This document shows positions 15,784 through 31,224 of a stretch of 64,000 nucleotides of DNA, piece by piece; the stretch's first letter is position 1; every line of letters starts with the position of its first letter. Below the pieces are notes generated by a model, which worked only from the letters and a program-made list of their open reading frames with translations, had not been told where the DNA came from and made no database searches. Position numbers and translations under genes: made by a program. Origin of the DNA: Eledone cirrhosa (lineage: Eukaryota); assembly GCA_964016885.1 (NCBI GenBank), contig OZ024751.1, positions 11,036,001 through 11,100,000 of the forward strand, written 5' to 3'.

Positions 15784-15877
15784 CTCCACTATCAATACCT
15801 CAAATTGTCTCCACGTCTTAAATTCCTCATTATATATGAATGAATAAATACATATACGTATATACGTGTGTGTGTGC

Positions 15878-15929
<52 letters not shown>

Positions 15930-16057
15930 TCTATATATCCACATATATATGAATATATATAAGCATCATATATATATATACGCACGTACACACACATATG
16001 CATATACGTACATGCATTCATTCATTCATATATAATGGGGAATATAAATATATATAC

Positions 16058-16107
<50 letters not shown>

Positions 16108-16419
16108 CATTAAGTAAGCTAGTTAAACACTTCCCTCGAAGAAGAAGTGGTCTTTAATTACAAGCAAAATGGCCGAGCGTAGAATTAGCGGAAATTATAG
16201 CTTGACGCGCTAAAGAATAGTTTCAACGGTAGATAATTAGAGTAAAAACCCCACTCAGATTTACATTCTGTTTAACTCTTCCATAAACGATAAACGACGT
16301 ATGTCGTCGTTACTAAGCTCGTTTTAATGGTGGGGTATACTTCTCTGATTGCTTAAATAGAAAACTTCAAATATCTTGTGGTTATGAGTGTGTAAATCTC
16401 ACACAAACACACACGCACC

Positions 16420-16487
<68 letters not shown>

Positions 16488-16491
<4 letters not shown>

Positions 16492-16675
16492 CAGCGAGGG
16501 ATTTCTATGTATATAAGCAACGAGGGATATATATATATAATATATCAGCAGCGAGTGATATATATATATATGCTTATAAGCAGCGAGGGATATATATATA
16601 TATATATATATATATGCTTATAAGCAGCGAGGGGTATATATATATATATATATATATATATGCTTATAAGCAGCG

Positions 16676-16714
<39 letters not shown>

Positions 16715-16849
16715 CATCGAGGGATTTATATATATATATATAAATCATCCAGGGATATATATGTATATAAGCAACTAGGGATATATATATGTATATGTAA
16801 GCAACGAGGGATATAGATATATATATGTATATGTAAGCAACGAGGGATA

Positions 16850-16850
<1 letters not shown>
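16488..16850. repeat. Minisatellite: aagca(g/a)cgaggga units separated by (TA)n
   Basis: About 10 units visible. Confidence 0.85.
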
Positions 16851-16922
<72 letters not shown>

Positions 16923-17074
16923 TGCTTAACGAACCAACGAAGCTACCACTTTCCGATCTCTTACTCTGCTAGAAATAGTAACTACAGATACCTTATAGTG
17001 GAGTATACTTCTCTGATTGCTTAGAGAACTTCACGTATCTTGTGGTTGTGAGTCTGAAAAATCCCACACAAAAC

Positions 17075-17107
<33 letters not shown>

Positions 17108-17110
<3 letters not shown>

Positions 17111-17296
17111 CGGAGGAGTTGTGGTAAGGAATGGACCATAACGCACCAGAGTACTTAATACTTAGGGTAGTAGAGGAGGTAATAGGAGAAAGTATGACCC
17201 CCGACGGCAGAGCTCAAGCCGTTTCGACCGATATTTCTGGACTGTCCAGAAATAGCTGTCGAAACGGCTTGAGCTCTGCCGTCAGGGGTCATACTT

Positions 17297-17302
<6 letters not shown>
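17108..17302. mobile_element. Family B fold-back element
   Basis: Same long arm plus short inverted arm; flanked by (TA)n on both sides. Confidence 0.85.
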
Positions 17303-17347
<45 letters not shown>

Positions 17348-18112
17348 TATTCTGCTTAATGAACCAAGGAAGTTGCCATTTTCCGATCTCCAACTTTACT
17401 AGAAATAGTAGCTACAGATACCTAACTCTCTCACAGAACACCATAACGTCTTAAAGGAATCATTTATCATACAATGTGTTAAGAAAGTAAGCGTTTGTCT
17501 CGGGTGTGGGATTCCAAATACAGATTGATAGAGACTCACTGAAATAAACAAATGAAACCAAATTAATAATCTCTCATATATATATAGAATGATGAATATA
17601 ACAAGTACAAAATGATTATGACATGACATTTCTGAACATTACTGAAACACACACACACACACAAACACACACACACCACACCACACCACACCACACCACA
17701 CCACACCACACCACACCACACCACACCACACCACACCACACCACACCACACCACACCACACCACACCACACCACACACACACACACACACATTAAACTAT
17801 ATACATACACAGAAAGAAATATACAAGCAGAAAGAGAAATACTCTGTTGAAAACTTCATAAGCTGGCTATGAAAGATTGATGCTAAAGCTATGAAATCAT
17901 ACTTGTTTGTCCCCGACGAAGAAGTCCATATACAGATAGATATAGACTCACAGAAATACACAAATGAAACCGCAGTAACATATGTACAAACTCTCATACA
18001 TATAGACTAATCAATATAACTACAAGCACAAATTAGTTATAAGATGATTTTACTGAACATTTCAGACACATACAGACGCGCACACACTCACATACACACA
18101 TAAAATCAAATA

Positions 18113-18179
<67 letters not shown>

Positions 18180-18244
18180 ATATATACTATATATACATAT
18201 ATATATATATACTAAATATAATATATGTACTAAATATAATATAT

Positions 18245-18286
<42 letters not shown>

Positions 18287-18289
<3 letters not shown>

Positions 18290-18453
18290 CGAAGGAAATG
18301 TGGTAAGGAACCAGGTGGACCATAACGCACCAAAGTACTCAATACTTAGGGTAGTAGAGTGGGTAATAGGAACCAGTAAGACCCCGACGGCTGAGCACAG
18401 AATTAGCCGTCGAGACGGCTTGAGCTCAGCCGTCGGGGTCTTACTGGTTCCTA
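18287..18453. mobile_element. Family B fold-back element (centrally deleted)
   Basis: Homology to 7918-8110. Confidence 0.85.
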
Positions 18454-18501
18454 TATATATATATATATATATATATTTAACATTTTATATTTATCAACAT
18501 T

Positions 18502-18602
18502 TATTAAAAACAGATTAAAGTTTAAGCAAAGAATCGCTGCTATTTATATATTCCTTATCGAGCCCTCTTCGAATTTTAGTCTTCACATTTTTTATTATTG
18601 CT
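18502..18602. mobile_element. Family C remnant (short - arm joined to + tail)
   Basis: ttaaagtttaagcaaagaatcgctgc followed by tatcgagccctcttcgaattttagtcttcacattt, the reverse complement of 50460-50500. Confidence 0.6.
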
Positions 18603-18630
18603 ATATATATATAGAATTTCTTGGACAGTC

Positions 18631-18690
18631 GGCTTCCTGATGATTTCTCCAGGGTGAAACAGTTCTAGTCCTGTACAAGGTTTTTCTAGA
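18631..18690 (+). ncRNA. Degenerate hammerhead motif
   Basis: ggcttc-CTGATGA-tttctccagggt-GAAA-cag(ttctagtc)ctg-TA; the related copy at 46849-46874 has the matching gaagcc stem I strand. Confidence 0.55.
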
Positions 18691-19089
18691 GGTTATATTT
18701 AATTTGTTGGGATACAACAAGCTAAATATTTTTATAACTAATATAAAGCACTCAACAAATTATTGGAGTAAATATACAATATATTAACAAATGGAAACTA
18801 TATTTATAAAAGCAAATTTATTTCATTATACATATTTCAAGGGCCACCAAAGCAAACTATGGTGCGCTTTCATCAGATAAAATATAATATAGGTTAGTTT
18901 TATAAATAATCCAGGAAATCCCAACCAGAATGTTTGCATTTTTTAAGGGTATGTCAATATTCATTTATAAAACTAACCTATCTTATATTTTATCTGATGA
19001 AAGCGCACCATAGTTTGATTTGGTGGCCCTTGAAATATGTATAATGAAATAAATATGGTTTTATAAATATATTTTCCATTTGTTAATAT

Positions 19090-19092
<3 letters not shown>
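18690..19092. mobile_element. Family A PLE fold-back with two intact HHR cores
   Basis: HHRs at 18819-18884(-) and 18986-19051(+); long left arm, short right arm. Confidence 0.88.
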
Positions 19093-19132
<40 letters not shown>

Positions 19133-19134
<2 letters not shown>

Positions 19135-19493
19135 GATATTAATAAATGGAAACTATATTTATAAAACCATATCTATTTCATTATACATATTTCAAGGATA
19201 CCAAGTTAAATTATGGTATGCCTTCATCAGACAAAATACAATATATATCAGTTTTACAAAAACTGATATATATTTGTAAAACTGATATATATTGTATATT
19301 GTATTTTGTCTGATGAAGGCACACCATAATTTAACTTGGTATCCTTGAAATATGTATAATGAAATAGATATGGTTTTATAAATATAGTTTCCATTTATTA
19401 ATATCGTATATCTACTCCAAATACTTGTCGAGGGCTTTATATCAGTTATAAAAATATTTACTTGTTGTATCCCAACAATTTAAATTGAACTTT

Positions 19494-19498
<5 letters not shown>
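19133..19498. mobile_element. Family A PLE fold-back with two intact HHR cores
   Basis: HHRs at 19174-19238(-) and 19302-19366(+); short left arm, long right arm ending ttttgca(ta)n. Confidence 0.88.
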
Positions 19499-19541
<43 letters not shown>

Positions 19542-19604
19542 GTAATAGTAAGCCATTTGAAACAATACATTTGTTTCAATAATACCACTTGGGAATATAT
19601 ACAT

Positions 19605-19802
19605 AATTGACCGTTGTTTTTGGAGGCCTCCAAAAACAACGGTCAATTTTTAAAAGGGGTACGTCAATGTCTATTTATAAAACTGTTATATATTGTATTT
19701 TGTCTGATGAAGGCATACCATAATGTAACTTGGTATCCTTGAAATATATATAATGAAATAAATATGGTTTTATAAATATAGTTTCCATTTATTAATATCG
19801 TA
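19605..19802 (+). mobile_element. Family A pLTR with perfect 44-bp palindrome at its 5' junction
   Basis: Palindrome 19605-19648; HHR 19696-19760 (CTGATGA at 19704, GAAA at 19741). Confidence 0.85.
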
Positions 19803-20373
19803 TATATATATACACACACATATATACATAAGAAAATATCACTGGCGCTTTAAAAACAAACAAAACCAATAACAAAGAGTGCAGTACGAACCAATTTCAT
19901 AGATAGACATTTCTCTATGTATCTATTTCTATATTCACCAGATATCGAACCATTTCATAACTTCATACAATATATACATCAATTCGTCATTCATAATTAT
20001 TTATTCTGTTTCATGTCACCTGTTTTGCAAATCCCTGTCATCACAGTGCAACGAGGGAGTTCACAGCTTCCGTCCTTCCATCACCATATCACGTCGTAAA
20101 TGCAGTGTGCACTATGTTACAAATGTGCAGTGACTATAACACGAACATGCTGGACGGCTTCTAATCCATTCCACGTCCACTAACTATAGCCACGATGGAG
20201 AGGGTTATATAACCTTCTGGTGATGTGAGAGAATGTGTGACAGTGTCTCATTAATTAGACATTTCCTACACAGATGCTGATAACTATGTCTGTTATTGCC
20301 AGGCAAATATTTCAACATGGTACAGAGGTTTTCAATGTGGTAGGTAGGGAATGTAGATGGTGGTACTGTGGAC

Positions 20374-20447
<74 letters not shown>

Positions 20448-20639
20448 TATGCACAGATATTTGGTGTGCATATATCTATCTATTAATCTACCTAGCCATC
20501 TATCTATCTATCTATCTATCTATCGATTTCTCTCTCTCTCTATATATATATATCTGTATATATATATATATATATATCTGTATATATATATATATACATG
20601 TATATATATATATACATACATATATACATATCCATATCC

Positions 20640-20672
<33 letters not shown>

Positions 20673-20724
20673 TGTATATGTATATATGTATATATATATA
20701 TATATATATATGTATATGCGTATG

Positions 20725-20755
<31 letters not shown>

Positions 20756-20844
20756 CTTTCTATCTTTCTAACTTATAAAAATATCGTAAATATCAACTTT
20801 ACTACTCCTCCTCCCAGTACATCAACAACAACAACATTGTTAGT

Positions 20845-20964
<120 letters not shown>

Positions 20965-21339
20965 GCCATAGTCCTCATTATCTGCTGCATATGTTTCACA
21001 TCTGAGAACCAGTAACAATCCATCGCCCTCTACCCACCACTGCACCACTGCACCACACCACTACCATATCCACCCTCAAACACCATACCCTCATTAACAA
21101 TTCTATCGAATGATAACACTCCGACTACCCTTCAACCCCCAATAGACATCCCATCCCCCCACCTCACTACACATAACCCCCAACTCAGTGACGTCATGCA
21201 TATCATCAAATTATATTTATGAATAATTTAACATTTGAAAAAAAAATGTTCAATCACACACAAATACACGGGCGTAGAGGCACGTACGTACGTGTAGATA
21301 GACATATATACACCCATAGAGAAACACATATACATACAT

Positions 21340-22500
<1,161 letters not shown>

Positions 22501-23008
22501 ATGCGTATAGACATAGCCAGACATTACGTACATGGAATTTAACACTTTTTAAAGAAAATATACAAATAGATATCTATACAATCTCATAAAAGTACATACA
22601 CAATCATATACATACATAGACTATCACACATACACACTTTACACACAAAGACACATTTAAATTTCGATAAAAAAAGAAAGACAAAAATTAAATAAAAAAA
22701 TAATTCACGATTAAAATGACATCATCAGTTTGATAATTTAGTTATTTATCTAATTATTAAATTTTATTTTAAAAATTACGTTTTGAATTTTGATAAGAAA
22801 TAAGATTATCCAAAAGTTATTGGCTTCCACATCGATATATGCCACATTTAAAGATGCAAATTTACAAATATTCACACAAATATACACTCTCTTACTCATA
22901 CCTATACACAGAGACTTCGAATTTCTCCATCAATGACATAACACACCGACACACACACAAAGACACACACATATATATATATATACATACATATACACAC
23001 GCCTTAAT

Positions 23009-23039
<31 letters not shown>

Positions 23040-23168
23040 CTTACACACATATATATACATACATACATACATTATATACACACACGCCTTAATACACACA
23101 TATATATATATATATATACTTACACACATATATATACATACATACATTATATACACACACGCCTTAAT

Positions 23169-23213
<45 letters not shown>

Positions 23214-23253
23214 TATATATATACATACATACATTATATACACACACGCCTTA

Positions 23254-23331
<78 letters not shown>

Positions 23332-23333
<2 letters not shown>

Positions 23334-23737
23334 TAATAAATATAGACATTCATGTGATCAAATATATTTTATTATACATATTTCAGAGGTACTGAGCGTC
23401 CTCAACAGTACGTCCTCATCAGATAAAATAAGTTGATGCTTGACATTCCTTGACTATGTTGATGGCTATAATTTAGTCATGGCAGTAAATTATAACCATC
23501 AACATAGTCAAGGTATGTCAAGCATCAACTTATTTTATCTGATGGGGACGTACTGTTGAAATAGCTCAGTACCTCTGAAATATGTATAATAAAATATATT
23601 TAATCACATGAATGTCTATATTTATTAATATTTTGAAGTAATATTAATAACTCCAGAAATCCTTTTGTGGAGTGCTTCTAATCTATTGTGAAACTTTATT
23701 CATTGATGAATTCATTGAACCTTGTAAAATTTTAATC

Positions 23738-23740
<3 letters not shown>
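23332..23740. mobile_element. Divergent family A-like PLE fold-back with HHR
   Basis: About 140-bp inverted arms; intact HHR at 23365-23430(-), CTGATGG variant at 23531-23596(+); perfect stem I tattttat/ataaaata. Confidence 0.85.
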
Positions 23741-24210
<470 letters not shown>

Positions 24211-24514
24211 GTTTTTCCTCTATATCTCTTTCTCACTTCCATTCTCCCACTCACTCTTTCCTAGTGTATTCAGACCTGAAGGGAATTTAAAATGCCAAAG
24301 AAACGCCGTACATCAACACGTTTAATATAATAATAATAATAAGTTCCTCGTTTTGCTAGGCAGAAGATAGAATGACAAGGTCGACTTCTAGTTTCTATCC
24401 TGCTCAACTTGGCAGCGACTGAAAACACAATTACACACAAATATATATATCAACTAGCTTATTCTACAGTGGATATGGCGCATGTCACTCGGACATGACA
24501 CCCTAAATTTAATT

Positions 24515-24554
<40 letters not shown>

Positions 24555-24984
24555 GAGATAGAGATAGATAGATAGATATATGAACTCGCATGTGCAGACA
24601 CGTATATATCTATCTATAATACTTATAAATAGGAAGTTTGTACCCTGACCGCTAATAACACTAAATAAAATTGGCAATAATTAAGATTTTTCGGGCGTAT
24701 GACCTCCTATATGCTCGCAATCGACTTTCACTCCGAAAGCAAAATGGGACGGGGGTCGTATTTTCCCAGCCTCAGAGGTGCCTTCCGTTGCAAATTTATT
24801 TTTAGGTTTTTCCGTTTGTTTCCGAACGATCTGACACCCGACTCACTCGCCAACGACTCCTTGTACCGAAAACAGAGGCAGAGAATGAGAAGGGGGAACC
24901 TTGGAGTTAAACATGAGCACTTCTCAGACGTTTAAATTTATAGAAAAGAAATCCTTTGACACTGGAGGAAGTTTTGATCCCTCA

Positions 24985-25335
24985 ACATTTTGTACTGTTC
25001 TGGAAAGCGTTGCAAGATTCATTAATTAAGTGTTCCCCAATTTCAAAATCCACCATCACAATAAACAATGGCTGTGTGAATGAACAATTCTTGCCCCGCA
25101 AAATATCACAGTGAATACCATCAACAAAATCTCTCACAAGTGATCCCAGCGGGTAGCCAGACCAAACATTCTATCGACAAAGTTGTGAACAAGGACGAAG
25201 CCGTTAGTTATCCGTTAATATACTCAACTATCTGAAACCGTCAGGTATGCTGCCATACAAGCTTGAATTGAAGAAGGGCGCAGAATTCTGGATCAGCTAC
25301 GATTGTGCAACTGGACTTGTATAGTTGTGAATGAA
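24985..25335 (+). pseudogene. Helitron Rep/Helicase (PIF1-like) coding relic
   Basis: Frameshifted translation gives WLCE*TILAPQNITVNTIN, SIDKVVNKDEAVSYP, LNYLKPSGMLPYKLELKKG and RLCN, motifs typical of Helitron helicases; a possible 5' TC end lies near 24613. Confidence 0.82.
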
Positions 25336-25399
25336 GAACAGCCTTTCATTTCATATGTATGTATATATGTAATATATATACAATATTTAATTTGAATCT

Positions 25400-25441
<42 letters not shown>

Positions 25442-25597
25442 AAACGTTTGTATATGTATAATAAAGCCAAAACAATGCAGGTATGGACATAGAATAAAGA
25501 ATGCAAATGCAAAAGTTATTGTTGACAATTAGTCTTTTACCTTAGATTTATTTAAATGTCCTTAATTTTCGAGATAATATCTCTTCTTCGGAGGGAT

Positions 25598-25725
25598 GTA
25601 AAGCGGTTAAACCAGTGTTCTAAATAGCTTGCCAAGTCAAGCTATTTAGAACCCTGGTTTAACCGCTTTACTTCAGAATTAGCCGTCAAAACGGCTTGAG
25701 CTCAGCCGTCGGGGTCCTACTCGTT

Positions 25726-25730
<5 letters not shown>
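25598..25730 (+). mobile_element. 74-nt hairpin followed by a family B short arm
   Basis: Inverted repeat 25598-25671, then cagaattagccgtcaaaacggc...ttcctata. Confidence 0.7.
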
Positions 25731-25760
<30 letters not shown>

Positions 25761-26040
25761 TAATAGAATAGCTTTCACCGTATTTTTTACTAAAGAAATT
25801 TTAGCCTGATAATGGGGTTTAGAAACCTCAGATAAATGGAAAAAGATGAGTATTGACGTACATGTTTCAAAACATATTTCTTATATATATATATATATTA
25901 ACATGTACACACGCGCACATACACACGCACACACACATACACACATATATATAAATATATTGATAGATCAAGGAAACGACTAAACAGAACTACAAAATGT
26001 CTAAGCTTGACGCTTTATATGGTAAAGGGGAAAGTAAGTT

Positions 26041-26072
26041 CGTCGTGTCGGGCTTTAGCCCTTCTTCAGGAG
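26041..26072 (-). ncRNA. Degenerate minimal hammerhead motif
   Basis: - strand cCTGAAGA-agggc(taaa)gccc-GAcA-cgac; the GAAA is mutated. Confidence 0.45.
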
Positions 26073-26086
26073 TACAAATTATAGAC

Positions 26087-26114
<28 letters not shown>

Positions 26115-26117
<3 letters not shown>

Positions 26118-26253
26118 CGAAGGAAATGTGGTAAGGAACCAGGTGGACCATAACGCACCAAAGTACTCAATACTGAGGGTAGTAGAGGGGGTAATAGGAA
26201 CGAGTAGGACCCCGACGGCTGAGCTCAAACCGTTTCGACGGCTAATTCTGGTC
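26115..26253 (-). mobile_element. Family B single long arm
   Basis: Homology to the other family B copies; flanked by (TA)n. Confidence 0.85.
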
Positions 26254-26949
26254 TATATATATATATGTGTGTATATATACATGTGTGTGTGTGTAGACAG
26301 ATAGAGAGGTAGATAAGTGGATGTGAATGCATAATCTTGAGTAATATATGTTCAACATTCCATCTTGTTATCTCTTTAGCCCTATCACCATTTACCGCCC
26401 CACCTCTCTCTCTCTTTATCCCTATCACCCTCTGCCCGGTCTTTCGGTCTCTCTTTCTCTCACAGTTTGCATCTTTTGTATTGCCTCTCACCCTTTCTCT
26501 CTTTCCCACTTTTACTTTATCTTTCTCTTCCTTTTCTTGTCTCTATATGTATGTATATATATGTATGTATGGATATATACATGCATGTATGCATGTATAT
26601 ATGGATGTATGTAAATATGTATGTATACATGAATGTATGAACATATGTATTCACGCATATACTGTAGGTGTGTGAGTATGTGTGTGTGTGTGTGCGTGTG
26701 AGTGAGTGTATGTGAGTGAGACTGATCCATCAAACCACCCAACTGTTATATGGCACATCCCAAGAGACATCCTTTCCATTCCATAGATATGACATTAAAA
26801 TTGGTAATAACAACGCCACCACCATCAACACCGTAAACAACAATAAGAATAATAATAGTAATAATAATGATAATGATGATAAACAAAGACCCTTTTTTTC
26901 CCCCTCCACGATTCTGTAGCTGGCTGCCTGCCGCCATCATTACCCTCTG

Positions 26950-27890
26950 CACTTGTGTTTGGTCCGTTAGCGCTCATTAACTTGATCTTTAGTGATAGGC
27001 AAGAGGTTAGCTTCCCTGGCAATTAGGATGGCGTGCTGGTCTCGTTAGCTAATCAGCTTTTTACACGCTGGCTTTTGGCTTGGCTTTTGTTCTTGCTGTT
27101 TCATTATTATCATTATTATTATTATTTCTTTTTTGTGTATATATGTGTAATTTTGTGTTTTATTTTTTATTTATCGATCCCAATGTTTTTATTATTTCGA
27201 TTCTGGTTGCACTGGACTGTAACAATGACAAGATGGTTGAGACAACGCGAATGAGTTATTTTCTTTCTTTTTGTAATTTTTTAAATAGTTTATTTTCATT
27301 TTATATCTTATTTTGTTTTGTTTTGTTTTGTTCGGTTTGGTTTTTATCTCTGCGCGGATTCACCGCAGTAAAAAAAGGTTCGGAGATGGACTGAGGTGTG
27401 AGGGTGTGGTTTGAACTGTGTTTGGGGAGTTAGCTTAGGTCTTCCTTGTTAGAAGGATCTATCGTTGGAATTTCGTGCTTAGGTCATGCGATTGGGGAAT
27501 GATCAAGGGGATTTTAGCCAGACGTTGTGGCTTCTGGTTGTGGTTGCTGAGAGGTGGGATGGTTGATTGATCTTTATGATTAGGTCACATGGTTAGAAGC
27601 TGCTTATATGGCTAATGTATCGGGATTTCTAATGTAGAAGGGTTGTGGCTAGAGATTCTGATACGCTGTCGCCGTGTTTGTTTTTTTCTATTTGTTGTTG
27701 GTCAGAATTTGAATTGTAGCTTAGCTTGTCAGTAGGCGTTGACGTCTGAAGCAGTAAACTCACTGGGTGTTCTGTGCAAGCTGTTGTTTAAAATGTTGCA
27801 ATTAATATATGTAGTTTGACAGTTCTAATCAAGCCGGCCCAGACAAAATTAGGTGTATTGGGATCAATTAGTATAGGCCTATGGTTTTAT
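26950..27890 (-). pseudogene. Possible highly decayed Naiad-like PLE ORF
   Basis: Short motifs in the expected order on the - strand: IGLY (~27880), PYK..SNHP-like (~27610-27550), CHC (~27225), AIL..NLL (~27040-27000). Confidence 0.35.
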
Positions 27891-28214
27891 TTTTCAGGGA
27901 GGGACTACCCGCCTCAGATTCTAGTTTTTTCTATTCTGTTCGGTTACGTATAAGAATATTGTATACAGTGTATGGACAGTAATATATAATGGTAGCTCAG
28001 ACATAAACCATATACAGGGTGAGAATAAAGTCTACCCCTGATTATAAAATACCATATGTCGGGTACTATTTGAGATTTTAGTTTTTCATTGTTTCAATTT
28101 ATACATTTTCATGTTTAAAGTTTTTCTGAACATGTTTTACATTTTCTCTTCTAAAACTGTTTTTCTACCTTGTTTATGTTTTGCTTAATAAAGGTTTATA
28201 ATCCGGGAGAGCAA

Positions 28215-28385
28215 AACACTTCATTTCAAGTTGCTCCAGTATACTCAGCTGAAAATGAGTACTAGCAATAGCTGGAGGTTTAACCCTGTGATGGACTGGC
28301 TTTCTGTCCAGGTGGAAGTCACGCCAGGAAACCGGGATAAGCAGCGGCCAAATGAGGCTTCTGGCTTAAGGCAGACTTTAGACTT
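28215..28385 (+). mobile_element. Nin-domain SINE 3' part
   Basis: aaccctgtgatggactggctttctgtccagg...gaaaccgggataagcagcggcc resembles the Nin domain as recalled. Confidence 0.7.
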
Positions 28386-28576
28386 TTTTTTATGATGCAT
28401 CACAGTTGATATATCATTCATTACGGAAGTGTAGTAAAGCTAGTTTCAAAAGTATATTATGGTTCACAACGACATATGATAGATCGTAGGGTTATAAGAT
28501 GGATCACAGTGGTATGTGATTGGATCACAGTAACATACAATTAGATCTCTGTCATACACAAGTTAATGTATAAATA

Positions 28577-28782
28577 TTGGTTTCTGATTTATGCACAAGG
28601 CCAACAATTTTTGGGGGATTGGAAAGTCGATTAAATAGACCCCACTGCATTACTAGTACTTTATTGTATGGACCCCGTAAAGATGAAAGGCAAAGCTAAC
28701 TTCGACAGAATTTGAACTCAGATCTTAACGGGGCGTAACACTATGTTGTCCGACGCTCTCCCAATACTGCCCATCCACCACT
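28577..28782 (-). mobile_element. Older tRNA-derived SINE copy with imperfect TSD
   Basis: SINE homology; ttaatg(t/a)ataaatatt on both sides. Confidence 0.82.
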
Positions 28783-29164
28783 CTTTAATGAATAAATATT
28801 AAAAGCGAAATATATAAAATATATATGTGGCAGTCTGATCCATTAGACATATGGTCAAAGAAACCCCATGCATGACCAATCCACATTGTAGGGGTTATTT
28901 AGGATTATATTACTTAATCTAGCCTTTTTTTTTAAAGACAATGAAGCATTTAATTTTGCAAGATTTTGACTGCTATTTTTAGAAGGTCGACTAACGACAT
29001 TTACCCCGTGTTAATGTATTTTTATGAGGAGGAGTTGACTTTTTGTTGAAGATTGTAGCAGGAGGCACATCACGTGCAACGACACAGGGATACACCCACA
29101 TAATATTTATATATATATATATACATATATAAATATATATATAAATATATATACATATATATAC

Positions 29165-29195
<31 letters not shown>

Positions 29196-29198
29196 CAT

Positions 29199-29229
<31 letters not shown>

Positions 29230-29354
29230 TAAATACATATATAAATATATATATAAATATATATACATATATATATACGCACACACACACACACATATAT
29301 ATACACACATATATATATATGTATATACACACACACATATAAATATATATACAC

Positions 29355-29385
<31 letters not shown>

Positions 29386-29452
29386 CTCACACACATACAC
29401 ACACACGCATATATATATATATACACTCACACGCACACATATATATACACAC

Positions 29453-29483
<31 letters not shown>

Positions 29484-29843
29484 TATAAATATATATACAC
29501 ACACATATATATATATATATATATACTCACACACACACACATATATATATATATATACTCACACACACACACACATATATATATATATTTATACACTCAC
29601 ACATAAACGTACGAATACATGAATGCACATAAACATACACGTATTTGTGCGAAAACATACACACATATGCACTAAAAACATTCGTATACATAGGAAGCAA
29701 AAAGCTGAGCTCTCATTGGAAGTCAATCACCGGCAAAATCCTCGTTATTTCTCCTCCTACACAGAAGATGCATTATACGCAGACCCTCTCACTTTCTATA
29801 TTTCCTTTTCTCTCTCTTCCTGTATCTGTCTCTCGTTATATAC

Positions 29844-29874
<31 letters not shown>

Positions 29875-29892
29875 AACACATATATTTATATA

Positions 29893-29930
<38 letters not shown>

Positions 29931-30020
29931 TATATAAATTCGTCCATACATATGTGTGTATGTATGTATGTATGTATGTATATATATGTATGTTTATGTA
30001 TATATAGATGAATATGTTTA

Positions 30021-30075
<55 letters not shown>

Positions 30076-30276
30076 ATACAAGCATGCATATATGTATTCT
30101 ATATTATACATGTATGTGCAATCATATGCCCAAATAAGCAGGCACAAAGACATACACTCAAATTAATACATGCAGTAAAATAAGGGGGGGGGGGCATTAA
30201 ACCAAATGTCACCGTGGTACATGTTTCACCTTTGGTAATCCACCATTACAACTAATCCCAGGAGGATCTCCCCCTC

Positions 30277-31008
30277 CCCACCACCAACACGATGACTGCC
30301 ACCATCACCAGCGCTACTGCCACCACTGCTGCCACCATCACCAATATCACCACCGCAACCAGCACCAGCACCACCGCCAACACAGCCATCACCACCATTA
30401 ACACTACCACCAACATCACCACCACCAACACGATGATGGCCACCATCACTACCGCTACTGCCACCACTGCTGATACTATCACCAATATCACCGCCACAAC
30501 CAGCATCACCACAAACACCACCGCCAACACAACCATCACCACCATTAACACTACCACCAACACCTCGAATGCCACCATTATCACCGCCACTGATACCACT
30601 GCTGCTACCTTCACCACCACCACTATCAACAACCACCATCAGCACAACAACCACCACCACCACCAACACAACCATCACTACAACCACCATTAGAAGCAGC
30701 ACCACCACCATCAACAAAACCACTACCACAACCACCACCACCACAACTCTCACCACCACCACTACCAACACCACCACCAACACCACCACCACCAGCAAAA
30801 ACACAACCGCCACCACAACCACCATTCCAACCATAACCACCATCGCCACCACAACCTCCCTACCACCACAATCATCACCACCACCACCACCACCGCCGCC
30901 CCTACCACCACCGCCTCCCCTACCACCACCACCTCCCCTACCACCACCACCTCCCCTACCACCACCACCACCATCATCACCACCACCACCACCACCATCA
31001 CCACCACC
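30277..31008. repeat. (CAC)n-derived low-complexity tandem repeat
   Basis: Direct reading. Confidence 0.9.
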
Positions 31009-31224
31009 GTAGATCCCTGAAATCATTCATTCAATAGAATGCTATTAACCTTTTCCCCGATATTACCATATCATGTGACCTAATCCATCCACCCCACGCT
31101 CACCAACTTCATATCAGTAGCGTCATTCCATCACCAACATCATCATCAACATCACCACCATTACATTCACGATCATCATCATTATCATCATCGCCATCAC
31201 CTTCACTTTTCTCGTTATGAGAAT

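Noticed and set aside
16488-16850. CRISPR-like repeat-spacer array (also 31225-32348 and 48361-48541)
   Set aside because: Spacers are simple repeats or absent, there are no cas genes, and the context is eukaryotic.
28012-28150. Tc1/mariner-like TA|CAGGGTG terminus
   Set aside because: No matching second terminal inverted repeat or transposase was found.
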